Assembly (NCBI GenBank): GCA_029907105.1
Contig: JARYMM010000013.1
Coordinates: 3,433 to 67,432, forward strand
Reading direction: 5' to 3'
Length of the DNA stretch: 64,000 nt
Origin: Anaerolineae bacterium
Lineage (GTDB): Bacteria > Chloroflexota > Anaerolineae > UBA3071
Shown here piece by piece: positions 1 through 8,456 of the stretch. The notes under the pieces were generated by a model, which saw only the letters and a list, made by a program, of their open reading frames with translations, ran no database searches and had not been told where the DNA came from. The first letter of the stretch is position 1, and each line of letters begins with the position of its first letter. The translations under genes were made by a program, and so were the position numbers.

Positions 1-1
1 G

Positions 2-985
2 CGCCATTGTGACGCGGTCACCGTGGCCAGCCGCTGGCTGGAGCAGCGGGTGGGGGAGATGCGTGGCCGGCGCGGGGGCGTGTGGTACGTGCCCAATGGG
101 GTGGAGCAGGATGCAGGAAGCAAGGAGCAAGGGGCAGGAAGCAAGAAACAAGAGGGGACTAGAGCGTTCAAAGGTTCAAAGGTTCGAAGGTTTGAAAGTT
201 CGAGGTTGACCGCTCATGGCGTCTATGCAACTTGGAACCTGGAACCTTCAAACCTGCAACTGGTGCTGTTGTACACGCGGTTTGTGGAGTTTGAGGTGGA
301 GCGGGTGGTGGGGATCTGGCGGCGGGTGGTGGAGCTTTGCAAGGTCGCAAGGGAGCAAGGGCGCAAGGGCGCAAGGGCGCAAGGGCGCAAGGTCGCAGAG
401 GAGCAGAGGAGCAAGGGGGCAGGGGTGCGGTTGTTGGTGGTCGGGGAGGGGTTTCGGGGCGAGGAGCGGGAGCTGGCTCGATTGGCGGTTGAGGCGGGGC
501 TGGGCGATAGCGTTGACATCATCGGATGGGTGGAAGCGGAGGAGCTATCGCGCTTCTTCGCCGTTGCCGACGTGGCTATGATGCCCGTGGACGATACCAT
601 CCTCAACCGGGCCAGATGCCCGGCGCGGCTGCTGGATCTGATGGCCGCCGGCCTGCCTGTGGTGACCGAAGCGGTGGGAGAGTATGGTCACATCGTCGAG
701 GACGGCGTTTCGGGGTTGGTGGTATCGTCGGGCGATGAGGAAGCCTTCGCCGCGGCGGTAGTCAGGCTGCTGCAAGACGCCAATCTGCGACAGCGCATGG
801 GCCAGGCCGCGCAACACCGCGTGCGCACCGCCTTTGCCTGGTCACACCTGGTCGAGGCCGTCGAAGCCGCCTACTTCCAACCTCCAACCTCCAACCTCCA
901 ACTTCCAACCTCCAACTTCCAACTTCCAACCTCCAACTTCCAATCTCCATCTCTAATCCTTTGTGTCTTGGTGTCCTCCTGGTGA
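2..985 (+). CDS. Glycosyltransferase family 4 (GT-B fold), 5'-truncated by window edge, with in-frame low-complexity inserts
   Basis: Frame is open from nt 2 (RHCDAVTVASRWLEQR..VWYVPNGV precedes the listed Met). The C-terminal half has GT4-like RLLVVGEG...IGWV..EELSRFFAVADVAMMP...ARCPARLLDLMAAGLPVV..AVGEYGHIVEDGVSG. Stop TGA at 983-985. Confidence 0.8.
   Translation, partial: RHCDAVTVASRWLEQRVGEMRGRRGGVWYVPNGVEQDAGSKEQGAGSKKQEGTRAFKGSKVRRFESSRLTAHGVYATWNLEPSNLQLVLLYTRFVEFEVERVVGIWRRVVELCKVAREQGRKGARAQGRKVAEEQRSKGAGVRLLVVGEGFRGEERELARLAVEAGLGDSVDIIGWVEAEELSRFFAVADVAMMPVDDTILNRARCPARLLDLMAAGLPVVTEAVGEYGHIVEDGVSGLVVSSGDEEAFAAAVVRLLQDANLRQRMGQAAQHRVRTAFAWSHLVEAVEAAYFQPPTSNLQLPTSNFQLPTSNFQSPSLILCVLVSSW
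105..262. repeat. Degenerate short-word repeat block (gcaagga words, then ggttcRaag words paired with inverted caaccttgg-like words) inside the GT4 CDS
   Basis: Read directly: ggaagcaaggagcaaggggcaggaagcaagaaacaagagg, then gttcaaaggttcaaaggttcgaaggtttgaaagttcgaggttg facing caacttggaacctggaaccttcaaacctgcaac. Confidence 0.7.
339..425. repeat. Octamer tandem repeat (gcgcaagg x4 plus degenerate flanks) inside the GT4 CDS
   Basis: gcaaggtcgcaagggagcaagggcgcaagggcgcaagggcgcaagggcgcaaggtcgcagaggagcagaggagcaaggggg, translated as REQGRKGARAQGRKVAEEQRSKGAG. Confidence 0.8.
875..953. repeat. Heptamer tandem repeat (tccaacY, ~10 units) at the 3' end of the GT4 CDS
   Basis: cttccaacctccaacctccaacctccaacttccaacc...ccaatctcc. 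Three 7-nt units make 21 nt, giving the 7-aa peptide repeat PTSNLQL/PTSNFQL. Confidence 0.85.
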
Positions 986-1711
986 TCAGGACACACTCAA
1001 CGGCGTGATCACGATTTCCCCGAACAATCGCTCCTGCTCCACGGCGACCCGCTGCTGCTTGATCAGTTCCAGCAGGGCCAGCAGGGTGACGATAATCTCT
1101 ACCCGTGAGGCGGCCTGGGCCAGCAACTGGTGGAAGCGCACCCGTCCCTGCTGCGCCGTGGCCTCCAGGATGCGCTCGATCTGCTCGGCGATGGTCACGG
1201 TGATCGGGGCGACGATCTCATTCACGGGCGGAGGGGCTTCCGCCTCCGCTGTGGCCAGGGCCTGTTGCAGGGCCTGCAAGAGATCGTCCAGTGTGATCGT
1301 GCCGGGGGCGATGCGACGGGGCAGCGCCGGCGGGGGAGCGGTGCGCGCGTAGGCGCGCAGCCCGCGTGCCTCCCGTTCCCGCAGCCAGGCGGCGGCCTCT
1401 TTGAAGCGCCTGTACTCCCGCAGTTGGCGGGCCAGCGCTTCGGCGGGGTCTTCCTCCTCTCCTTCTTCGACAGCCTGTGCTGGGCGGGGCAGCAGGGCCC
1501 GCGATTTGATCCACAGCAGCCGGGCGGCCATGACCAGGAAATCGGCCAGGTCGCCGGCCTGGCGCTCCTGCAACAGCGCCAGGTAGGCCAGATACTGGTC
1601 GGCGATCTGGGCCACGGAGATGGCCGTGATCTCCAGTTCCTCCCGCTCGATCAGATGTAGCAGGAGGTCGAGAGGGCCTTCGAAGACGGGAAGTTGTACC
1701 TGATAGGTCAT
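986..1711 (-). CDS. scpA: Segregation and condensation protein A (kleisin ScpA)
   Basis: 241 aa. N-terminus LPVFEGPLDLLLHLIEREELEITAISVAQIADQYLAYL is the typical ScpA signature. Its stop abuts the GT4 stop. Confidence 0.9.
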   Translation of the reverse strand: MTYQVQLPVFEGPLDLLLHLIEREELEITAISVAQIADQYLAYLALLQERQAGDLADFLVMAARLLWIKSRALLPRPAQAVEEGEEEDPAEALARQLREYRRFKEAAAWLREREARGLRAYARTAPPPALPRRIAPGTITLDDLLQALQQALATAEAEAPPPVNEIVAPITVTIAEQIERILEATAQQGRVRFHQLLAQAASRVEIIVTLLALLELIKQQRVAVEQERLFGEIVITPLSVS

Positions 1712-1719
1712 GACAACGA

Positions 1720-1794
1720 GTCAGCGAATCGGCGATTCAGGAGTCAGCGAATCAGCGGTTTGCCTTCTCGCTGAATCGCTGACTCGCTGAATTG
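1720..1794. repeat. Intergenic word-repeat hairpin (cagcgaatc words and their complement)
   Basis: gtcagcgaatcggcgattcaggagtcagcgaatcagcgg ... cgctgaatcgctgactcgctgaattgc. It lies between the hydrolase stop and the scpA start and could act as a terminator or attenuator. Confidence 0.6.
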
Positions 1795-4700
1795 CTAAAA
1801 CCACCACGGCTCGGCGATCTCGTAGGTCTTGAAAGGCCGGCCGCTGGCCGCCAGTTCGTCCAGTTGTCGCCGCGTATCCGCCTCGTCCACGCCCTCGATG
1901 CGTTCCACCTTGCAGCCGGCCTGGCGCAGGTTGTCCTCCGTCTGCCAGGAAACGCCGGCCGTGCCGCCGACGATGAGCACGTACTCGGCGCGCTTGGCTG
2001 CTTCCTCCGAAAAGCCGCAGACGGGATGGAATCTGGCGATGTAGTTGCGGGCGTTGGCCCAATCGCTGGCCGCCCACAGGTCCGGCGAGCGCCACCAGAA
2101 GAGCAGGTAATGGCGGATGGGTTTGTCCAGCGGGCCCGGCAGCCCCTTCTGCACCGCCCGTGCCTGGGCCAGCAGCATCTCTTTCCACTTCTGCCCCGCC
2201 AGCCACTGCGCGCCCGGGCAGCTTGTGCTCTGGTTCTTGGGAAATTCCTTATGCCCCCAGACGTTCTCTTCGGGGATGTTCAGTTCCTGCATCAGCCAGG
2301 CCACCAGGTGGCCGCCTTGCTCGATCTGCTTGGGCGTGGGAACAACGTCCATGAAGCTGCCGGCAAAGCAGATGCCCACGCTATAGCCGTTATTGCCGCC
2401 CGTATGGTAGGAGACGGTCTCGTGACGGTTGGTCTGGTAGATGGTGCCGTCGGGCTCCACGTAGTAGTGGTAGCCAATGCCCGGCCAGGGGTCCTTGTTC
2501 CGGCTGGGGTCGGCCTTGATCTGGTAGGCCGCCACACGCCAGGGGTCAATGTTAGCCGGGGCGGCGCTGTGATGGATGGAGAGATGGGTGATCTGGGCGA
2601 GCGGGCGGGTGGTGTAACGCAGCGTCTCGTGCTTGGGCAGGTCATCCACGATGTCCTTGATGGGCGGTTTGGAGACGACCGCCGGGCCGGAGGGCGCCGG
2701 GCGAGGCTGCCTGAGCAGTTCGTCTATGCGCTGCTGCAACTGCTGCACCTGGCCGCGCAGCCGCTCTTGTTCGGCGACGGCGGCCTGCGCCTGCTGCTGC
2801 GCCGAGGCGAGCTGCGCCTGCAGGCGGGCGATTTCCTGCTGTGCCGCCTCGGCCCCCGGCTGCGCCCGCAAGCGCTCCACTTCCTGCTGCAACTGCTGCA
2901 CCTGGCCGCGCAGCCGCTCCTGCTCGGCCGCGGCCGCCTGCGCCTGCTGCTGCGCCGAGGCGAGCTGCGCCTGCAACTGGGCGATCTGGGCACGCAGGGC
3001 GGCTGTATCGCCCGGCGGCCCGGCGGTTGCCAGAACCTCTTGCACCTTCTGCAAGAGTCTGTCCCGCCAGACCTGCCCCTCCCGCCATTGCAGGCCCGGC
3101 GATTGAGTGTTGTAGAACTCCTGCGCCCCCTTGATGGCCTCGGGCGAGAGGTCGAACTGCTGCAACAGCCAGGCGCAGAGCTGCGCACCGCTGGTCATCT
3201 GCGCCTCGCCGGGCACCTCCTGGGTGAAGTTGCCGGCGAAACAGATGTTGATCCCCTGTCGCAACCACTCCTTGGAGGCGTCCACGATGTCTTCCAGCGG
3301 GTTGGTCTGCTGCACCTTCCCCTCGCCGGTGATGAAGTAGTGGTGCAGCGTGCCGGGCCAGCCGCGGGCTCTGTGCGATTGGGCGATACGGTCCATGCCC
3401 ACGCTGGGGGCGACAGCGGTGTGGTGGATGACCAGATAGCGCACGTCGCTCTGCGGGCGGCGCTGGAACCTCTCCGCTTCCCGCGGCAGCGTGGCCGTGA
3501 TGTCCTCGATGGGCGGTGGCTCCACGCGCCCGCCGCCGGGCACGATCTGCTGGCGCAGGCGCTCGTTTTCCGCCTGCAGAAGCTGCACCTGGTCGAGGAG
3601 CGCTTGCACTCGCTCTTGCAGTTGTTGCACCTGCGAACGCAGGGTGGTGACCTGCTGGGCCAGTTCCTGCTCGGCAGGACCGGCAGCCGCCTGTACTTCC
3701 CGCACCTTGTCCAGCAGCATGCCCCGCCAGTTGGCGCCTGCTGTCCAGTTGGTGCCCGGTGATTCCGTCGTGTAGAAATGGCTGATGCCGACGATGGCCT
3801 CTGCCGACAGGCCGTACTCCTGCAACAGCCAGGCGCAGAGGTGCCCGCCGGCGGCGAGCTGCGCCTCATTGGGCACTTCCTTGCTGAAATGGCCGGCGAA
3901 GCAGATGTTGATGCCTTCTGCTGCCCAGTCATCTTCTCTGCTCACCGTCTCCAGGTCGGGATTGGTGCGAAAGATCTGCCCCTGCCGGTCAATGTAGTAC
4001 TGGTAGCTGATGCCCGGCCAGCCGCGGCGCTGGTGGGCCACGGCAATCTGTTGCAGGTCAAGGTCTTTGCTCACGCCGGAATGGTTGATCACCAGGTAGT
4101 GAACATCCGCCGGCTGCCGCGAGTGGAAGCGGGCAGCCTGGCGGGGGAGCGCGGCGCTCACATCCTGCAAGGACGGCGGCCGCACGCGGCCTGTGGGCAG
4201 CTTCTGCAATTGCTCGATCTGCGCCTTGAGGCGGGCGATTTCCTGTTGCGCCTCCTGCAGGTACTGCCCGGCCAGCTTGAGCCGCGCCTGGCCGTCCACC
4301 TGCTCCAGGATGATGCGCTGGAATACCTGTGTCTGCAGGCCGCTTGTGGGGTCCACGAACTGCTCGCTGATGGGGTAACCGGTGATGTCCAGCCCGTAGC
4401 GGCGGTAGAAATCGAGGAACACGCCCCGCACCCAGTGTTTGGTGACCTCGAAGTACTGCTCTGCGGGTGGCGGTGGCGCTTCCACGGTCACGGCCAGGCT
4501 TAGCGGCTTGCTGCCCCGGTCCTCAAACCAGGTGACACCCTCTTCGACCAGGTCCCATTTGAGGGTCAGCCTGCCTGCTTCGGCGGGAGCAACTACCTGG
4601 GCATTGAGCGTCACCTCGCCCTGCGGGGCGACGTCGTTGGGCAGCGGCGTGCGGATATCTTGCTCCGGCTTGAGCAGCACAGGCCGTCCGTCGGCGACCC

Positions 4701-5850
4701 AATGGAAGCCCAGGCGCACCGGGTTGGCGCCACTGCATCGCCAGGTGTTGCTGCCGGCGTTGCGCAGCTTCAAGCGCACGCTGACCGTGCTGTCGCCACG
4801 CATTGTGGCCGGCGTGCTGTGCTCCAGCCACTCCACGCGATAGGCCGGCAGCGCCGGGGGCGGGGCTTCTTCCCGCCAGACGTAGTCATGGTTCATGGCC
4901 GTTTTGAAATCCTCGATCACGCCTGCCTTGCCCTCGATGCCCCATTTGTCGTACCCCTTGGGCCAGCGGTAGAGGATCAGGGCCCGGATCTGCTGGTTGC
5001 CCGGCTGTCGGTTCCACCAGTCTATCTCGCCGTAAGCACGCTGCACCCAGCCGGTGTTCTCGTTCTTCCACTCCACATCCTGATCCGTTTCCGTGATGTA
5101 CACGGGCAGATGACGCATGCTGGCGGGGATGGCGTTCATGAAGTCGCGGTAGGCCAGGAAGTCGTAGTGATACGTGTCGAAGGGTGGATTGCTGAGCTTT
5201 GTGGCCTCGTAGACCAGGCGCGGGTCGGCGCCGTGGGTATAGGTGTGGATGGTGATGCCGTCGCAGTTCTCCGGCCCCAACAGTTTGAGGATGTCCCGGA
5301 AGTACTGCACCCAGTCGCCCTGCGGGTTGCCCTCGTAGGTCGTCTGGGCGTTCCAGGGGGCCACCGCGCCGATGAGCACTGCGTCGTTTTCGTGGCCGGG
5401 GACGGCATGAATGGCCTCGCGGCACAGCCGGTAGCAGCGGGCGTACTTCGCCGGGGTGATGACCTCGCCCGGGTCCACCAGCACGGGAGGCTCTTTGCTG
5501 CGGTCGTAGCGCACCCCAGGGCGCTCCACGGCGTAGTTCATCTCGTTGCCGATGATCCAGATATCGCAGCCGCGGGAGTTTCTGACCCAGTTGGCGCAGC
5601 ACTGGGCGAACACCTCGTACTTGTCCGAGCGCGGGATCGTGCCCTCCGGCTCGTAGCCGTGATTGAGGCGGGAGATGATGCCGAAACCCTGGTTAGCCCA
5701 GTGGGAATGATCGAACCCCGGGCAATTGCTGGGGTTGAGGCCGACCTTGTGCAGGAAAAGGATCCAGCCCTTTTTGCCCTTTTCGGCCATGATGTGTTCG
5801 CCGCCAGGCTCGTGGAGACCGAAGATGTATTTGGACTTGTAGCGAGCCAT
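1795..5850 (-). CDS. Giant multidomain cell-wall hydrolase: clan GH-A-like TIM-barrel, Ig/NBR1-like domain, three Amidase_2/PGRP-type N-acetylmuramoyl-L-alanine amidase domains separated by coiled coils, and an unknown C-terminal domain
   Basis: 1351 aa. The N-terminus has IIGNEMN and YITETD (GH-A acid/base and nucleophile style). Three amidase_2-like modules are present (YLVINHSG..GISYQYYID..INICFAGHF; YLVIHHTAV..HHYFIT..INICFAGNF; HLSIHHSAA..GIGYHYYV..GICFAGSF..GHKEF..TSCPG). Q/A/L/E-rich heptad linkers separate them. No signal peptide or TM segment is visible at the N-terminus (MARYKSKYIFGLHEPGG). Confidence 0.8.
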   Translation of the reverse strand: MARYKSKYIFGLHEPGGEHIMAEKGKKGWILFLHKVGLNPSNCPGFDHSHWANQGFGIISRLNHGYEPEGTIPRSDKYEVFAQCCANWVRNSRGCDIWIIGNEMNYAVERPGVRYDRSKEPPVLVDPGEVITPAKYARCYRLCREAIHAVPGHENDAVLIGAVAPWNAQTTYEGNPQGDWVQYFRDILKLLGPENCDGITIHTYTHGADPRLVYEATKLSNPPFDTYHYDFLAYRDFMNAIPASMRHLPVYITETDQDVEWKNENTGWVQRAYGEIDWWNRQPGNQQIRALILYRWPKGYDKWGIEGKAGVIEDFKTAMNHDYVWREEAPPPALPAYRVEWLEHSTPATMRGDSTVSVRLKLRNAGSNTWRCSGANPVRLGFHWVADGRPVLLKPEQDIRTPLPNDVAPQGEVTLNAQVVAPAEAGRLTLKWDLVEEGVTWFEDRGSKPLSLAVTVEAPPPPAEQYFEVTKHWVRGVFLDFYRRYGLDITGYPISEQFVDPTSGLQTQVFQRIILEQVDGQARLKLAGQYLQEAQQEIARLKAQIEQLQKLPTGRVRPPSLQDVSAALPRQAARFHSRQPADVHYLVINHSGVSKDLDLQQIAVAHQRRGWPGISYQYYIDRQGQIFRTNPDLETVSREDDWAAEGINICFAGHFSKEVPNEAQLAAGGHLCAWLLQEYGLSAEAIVGISHFYTTESPGTNWTAGANWRGMLLDKVREVQAAAGPAEQELAQQVTTLRSQVQQLQERVQALLDQVQLLQAENERLRQQIVPGGGRVEPPPIEDITATLPREAERFQRRPQSDVRYLVIHHTAVAPSVGMDRIAQSHRARGWPGTLHHYFITGEGKVQQTNPLEDIVDASKEWLRQGINICFAGNFTQEVPGEAQMTSGAQLCAWLLQQFDLSPEAIKGAQEFYNTQSPGLQWREGQVWRDRLLQKVQEVLATAGPPGDTAALRAQIAQLQAQLASAQQQAQAAAAEQERLRGQVQQLQQEVERLRAQPGAEAAQQEIARLQAQLASAQQQAQAAVAEQERLRGQVQQLQQRIDELLRQPRPAPSGPAVVSKPPIKDIVDDLPKHETLRYTTRPLAQITHLSIHHSAAPANIDPWRVAAYQIKADPSRNKDPWPGIGYHYYVEPDGTIYQTNRHETVSYHTGGNNGYSVGICFAGSFMDVVPTPKQIEQGGHLVAWLMQELNIPEENVWGHKEFPKNQSTSCPGAQWLAGQKWKEMLLAQARAVQKGLPGPLDKPIRHYLLFWWRSPDLWAASDWANARNYIARFHPVCGFSEEAAKRAEYVLIVGGTAGVSWQTEDNLRQAGCKVERIEGVDEADTRRQLDELAASGRPFKTYEIAEPWWF
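2731..2983. repeat. Direct repeat (~100 nt, period 153 nt) inside the coiled-coil linker of the hydrolase gene
   Basis: ctgctgcaactgctgcacctggccgcgcagccgctc..gcctgcgcctgctgctgcgccgaggcgagctgcgcctgca occurs at 2731 and again at 2884. The protein shows LQAQLASAQQQAQAA.AEQERLRGQVQQLQQ twice. Confidence 0.85.
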
Positions 5851-5915
5851 TGCCTATCCCCTTTCGATGGCCCAATGGCCAGGCACAGACGTTGCTTGTG
5901 ACGACGATCGCTTAC

Positions 5916-5944
5916 ATTATACCTCAGAAATGCAAAGTTGTCCA
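5916..5944 (-). promoter_or_regulatory. Sigma70-like promoter for the hydrolase gene
   Basis: On the minus strand: TGGACA, 17 nt, TATAAT, about 65 nt upstream of the ATG at 5850. An SD-like aaagggga precedes the start. Confidence 0.45.
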
Positions 5945-6003
5945 CAATGGATGCGCTCATTATGGGGATGGCTCATTTGGTGCCACGCGAGGCATCCCCT
6001 CTT

Positions 6004-6032
6004 TTGGCAAGGGAAAAGAAAGTTGGTATAAT
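6004..6032 (+). promoter_or_regulatory. Sigma70-like promoter for the SH3b gene
   Basis: TTGGCA, 17 nt, TATAAT. The ~100-nt leader contains the hairpin tctcctg-cttgcatga-caggaga. Confidence 0.45.
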
Positions 6033-6132
6033 GCCGCCGGTGTGAGGGACGCAGACGAGGAATCTCCTGCTTGCATGACAGGAGACCCTTCGCTGGCGCT
6101 CAGGGTGACTTTTTGGAGCAGGAGGGAGGAAC

Positions 6133-6756
6133 ATGCGAGACGGACCCGATCGCCCTGCCTTTCCGCCGTACGCGGATGAGGAGGAGTGGACGCCTGGAGA
6201 GGTGACATCGGAGGTGGAAGGGACAGAGCAGGCTGGGGTCTACCCCCGTGCGACCCGGGCTGGCGTCCGCGCTGGCCGCAGACGGCTGGGGCGTTCGATG
6301 ACCCTGCGCGGGCTGTTGGCGTTGTTGGTGCTCCTCTTGCTGGCCGTCGTCCTGTGGTGGAGTGCCCGCGCCCTCTTCCCGCCTCCGGTGGCGACGCCGA
6401 CGGCGGCGGCAGCGGCCACCTCGCTCCCTCTGGCGACGCCTACCCCGGCGATCACCGCGGCGGCGACGGTCAGCGCCGTGACATCTGTGCCCTCGCCAAC
6501 CCCTACGCCGCAGGCGGCGATCGCTGTGGGGCAGATGGTGCAGATTAGCGGCACGGAGGAAGAGGGCATTCGCTTCCGCTCGGGCCCGGGGCTGGACTAT
6601 GCCACCCTGGACATCCTGCAAGAGGGGGTCCGTCTCAAGGTTCTGGAAGGCCCTGAGCAGGCCGACGGCTTCGCCTGGTGGCGGCTGGAAATGGAAGATG
6701 GCACCGTCGGCTGGGCCGCCGGCGACTGGCTGGAGCCAATCTCCGCCAGCGAGTGA
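6133..6756 (+). CDS. Membrane-anchored SH3b domain protein
   Basis: One TM segment (LRGLLALLVLLLLAVVLWW), a P/T/A-rich linker, and a C-terminal SH3b-like GQMVQISGTEEEGIRFRSGPGLDYATLDILQEGVRLKVLEGPEQADGFAWWRLEMEDGTVGWAAGDWL. The start could instead be the internal Met before the TM segment. Confidence 0.7.
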   Translation: MRDGPDRPAFPPYADEEEWTPGEVTSEVEGTEQAGVYPRATRAGVRAGRRRLGRSMTLRGLLALLVLLLLAVVLWWSARALFPPPVATPTAAAAATSLPLATPTPAITAAATVSAVTSVPSPTPTPQAAIAVGQMVQISGTEEEGIRFRSGPGLDYATLDILQEGVRLKVLEGPEQADGFAWWRLEMEDGTVGWAAGDWLEPISASE

Positions 6757-6804
6757 GCGACCCCGATGTGGCTTTGTGACGATGGATGGGAAAGGATACC
6801 GAGC

Positions 6805-8409
6805 ATGAGCGGTCGGATGTCATCGAGGCGCTGGTGGGGAATACTCTTGCTGGCTTTGGCCCTGGCCCTCGCCTGGGGCGCGGGCATTGCCCTGGCCGAA
6901 GGCGGCGCCGTGGTGCGCATGGTCTATTTCACCGCCGAGGATTGCCCATACTGTGTGGCGGTGATCAACGATGTGCTGAAGCCGCTACAGGCCAAATACG
7001 GCGATCGCATGCAGATCAAAATGGTCGAGATCTCCGACCCGGCCCACTACGAGATGCTGATCCGCGCCGAGGAGATGTTCGGCGTGACCGCCGAAAGGCG
7101 CGGGCTGCCCACGCTGGTCATTGATGGGCAGGTCCTCATCGGTGAGGAAGAAATCCGGCAGCAATTGCCATGCCTGCTCGACACCTGTTTGGGGGCGGGG
7201 GGCACGGCCTGGCCGGACATTCCCGGCCTGGAGAACGTGCCGGTGGAGGGAGCGATCAGCCTCAATCCCGGATTCAGCCTGCAACCGGAGGAAGCAGCCG
7301 TCTGTGGTCCGGAGGACGTAGCTGTCTGTGAGGCGCCGGCGGCAATCTGGGCCGCCTACTTCTACGAGGTGGGCTGCCAGGAGTGCAGCCGGGCCGAATA
7401 CGACATCCGCTACGCGCAGAGCAAATACCCCCAGTTGCTGATCGAGGAGTTCAACGTGCAAGAGAACGCGGCGTTGGCGGAGTGGCTTGGCGCCCGCGCC
7501 GGCGTGCCGGAAAGGCGGCGACTGGCCACCCCGGCCTTTTTCGTCGGCGACGACGCCCTGATCGGCAGCGAGATCACCTCGGCCTCGCTGCTGGCCCTGC
7601 TCGAAAAGTACGCGGCCACGGGTGTGGAGCGGGTCTGGGCCGACTTCGACCCCCAGGCCGCCGAACGGGGCATCGTGGAACGTTTCCGCTCCTTCGGCGT
7701 GCTCACCGTCGCTTTCGCCGGCCTGGTGGATGGTCTCAACCCCTGCGCCTTTGCCACGTTGATCTTCTTCGTCTCCTATCTGACGCTGAGCGGACGCCGG
7801 GGGCGGGAGGTGCTGATGGTCGGTGCCGCCTTTGCCCTCGGCGTGTTCCTGGCCTATCTGGCCGTGGGCCTGGGCTTCTACAAAGTGCTCGACCTCTTGG
7901 GCGGCTGGTTGACCACCGTAGGGCGCTGGGTCTACGGGTTGACGGCGCTTTTGTGCGCTGTGCTGGCCGTGTTCAGCCTCCTCGATGCGCTCAAGGCCCG
8001 GCGGGGCGAGATGGAGGAGATGGCCCTGAACCTGCCCGAGGGGTTGCGGATGCGCATCAACACTTCCATTCGCCGCTGGCGCAAGTCGCAGGCCTTTGTG
8101 GCCGGAGCATTCCTCACCGGCGTGGTGATCTCGTTCCTGGAACTGGCCTGCACAGGACAGGTCTATCTGCCGACAATCATCTTCATGGTCAGTCAGCAGG
8201 GGATGCAGGGGCGAGCGGTGGCCTTTCTGGTGCTCTACAACCTGCTCTTCATCCTGCCCCTGGTGGTCGTCTTCATCCTGGCCTATTACGGCACGGGCTC
8301 CAGGCAGTTGACCCGCTTCCTCCAGCAGCGGGCGGCGGCGGTCAAGTTGGGCATGGCCCTGCTCTTCGCAGCTCTGGCGGCGTGGCTGACGGTTTCCGTG
8401 GTGGCGTGA
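6805..8409 (+). CDS. Fusion of two thioredoxin-like CxxC domains with a CcdA/DsbD-type thiol-disulfide transporter membrane domain
   Basis: Signal/TM segment (RRWWGILLLALALALAWG), Trx-like modules with CPYC and CQEC, then a polytopic domain with GLNPCAFATLIFFVSYL and FLELACTGQ (CcdA/DsbD-beta hallmark cysteines). I chose the ATG at 6805 (aaagga SD) over 6766. Confidence 0.75.
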   Translation: MSGRMSSRRWWGILLLALALALAWGAGIALAEGGAVVRMVYFTAEDCPYCVAVINDVLKPLQAKYGDRMQIKMVEISDPAHYEMLIRAEEMFGVTAERRGLPTLVIDGQVLIGEEEIRQQLPCLLDTCLGAGGTAWPDIPGLENVPVEGAISLNPGFSLQPEEAAVCGPEDVAVCEAPAAIWAAYFYEVGCQECSRAEYDIRYAQSKYPQLLIEEFNVQENAALAEWLGARAGVPERRRLATPAFFVGDDALIGSEITSASLLALLEKYAATGVERVWADFDPQAAERGIVERFRSFGVLTVAFAGLVDGLNPCAFATLIFFVSYLTLSGRRGREVLMVGAAFALGVFLAYLAVGLGFYKVLDLLGGWLTTVGRWVYGLTALLCAVLAVFSLLDALKARRGEMEEMALNLPEGLRMRINTSIRRWRKSQAFVAGAFLTGVVISFLELACTGQVYLPTIIFMVSQQGMQGRAVAFLVLYNLLFILPLVVVFILAYYGTGSRQLTRFLQQRAAAVKLGMALLFAALAAWLTVSVVA

Positions 8410-8456
8410 GCCGTTTTGATAGGTGCGGTTTCCAAACAGCTTGGAGGAAAAAGCCC

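Noticed and set aside
1792-3762. Long antisense or alternative-frame ORFs. Examples: 1792..3762 +, 4660..5901 +, 6985..8463 -, 11987..13264 -, 15115..16323 -, 16596..17924 -, 27980..30019 +, 33137..34597 -, 44917..45984 -, 47825..49393 -, 50687..52285 -, 54685..55881 -, 62242..63918 -.
   Set aside because: Each lies opposite to, or out of frame with, a gene that has clear family motifs. Their translations are Arg/Gly/Pro/Ala-rich and low in complexity, as expected for stop-poor shadow frames in high-GC DNA.
1795-5850. Interpretation of the triple-amidase gene as a prophage endolysin.
   Set aside because: No phage structural, holin, integrase or terminase genes lie nearby. The size and coiled-coil architecture are unlike endolysins. 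The neighbours are scpA and SH3b/Trx genes.
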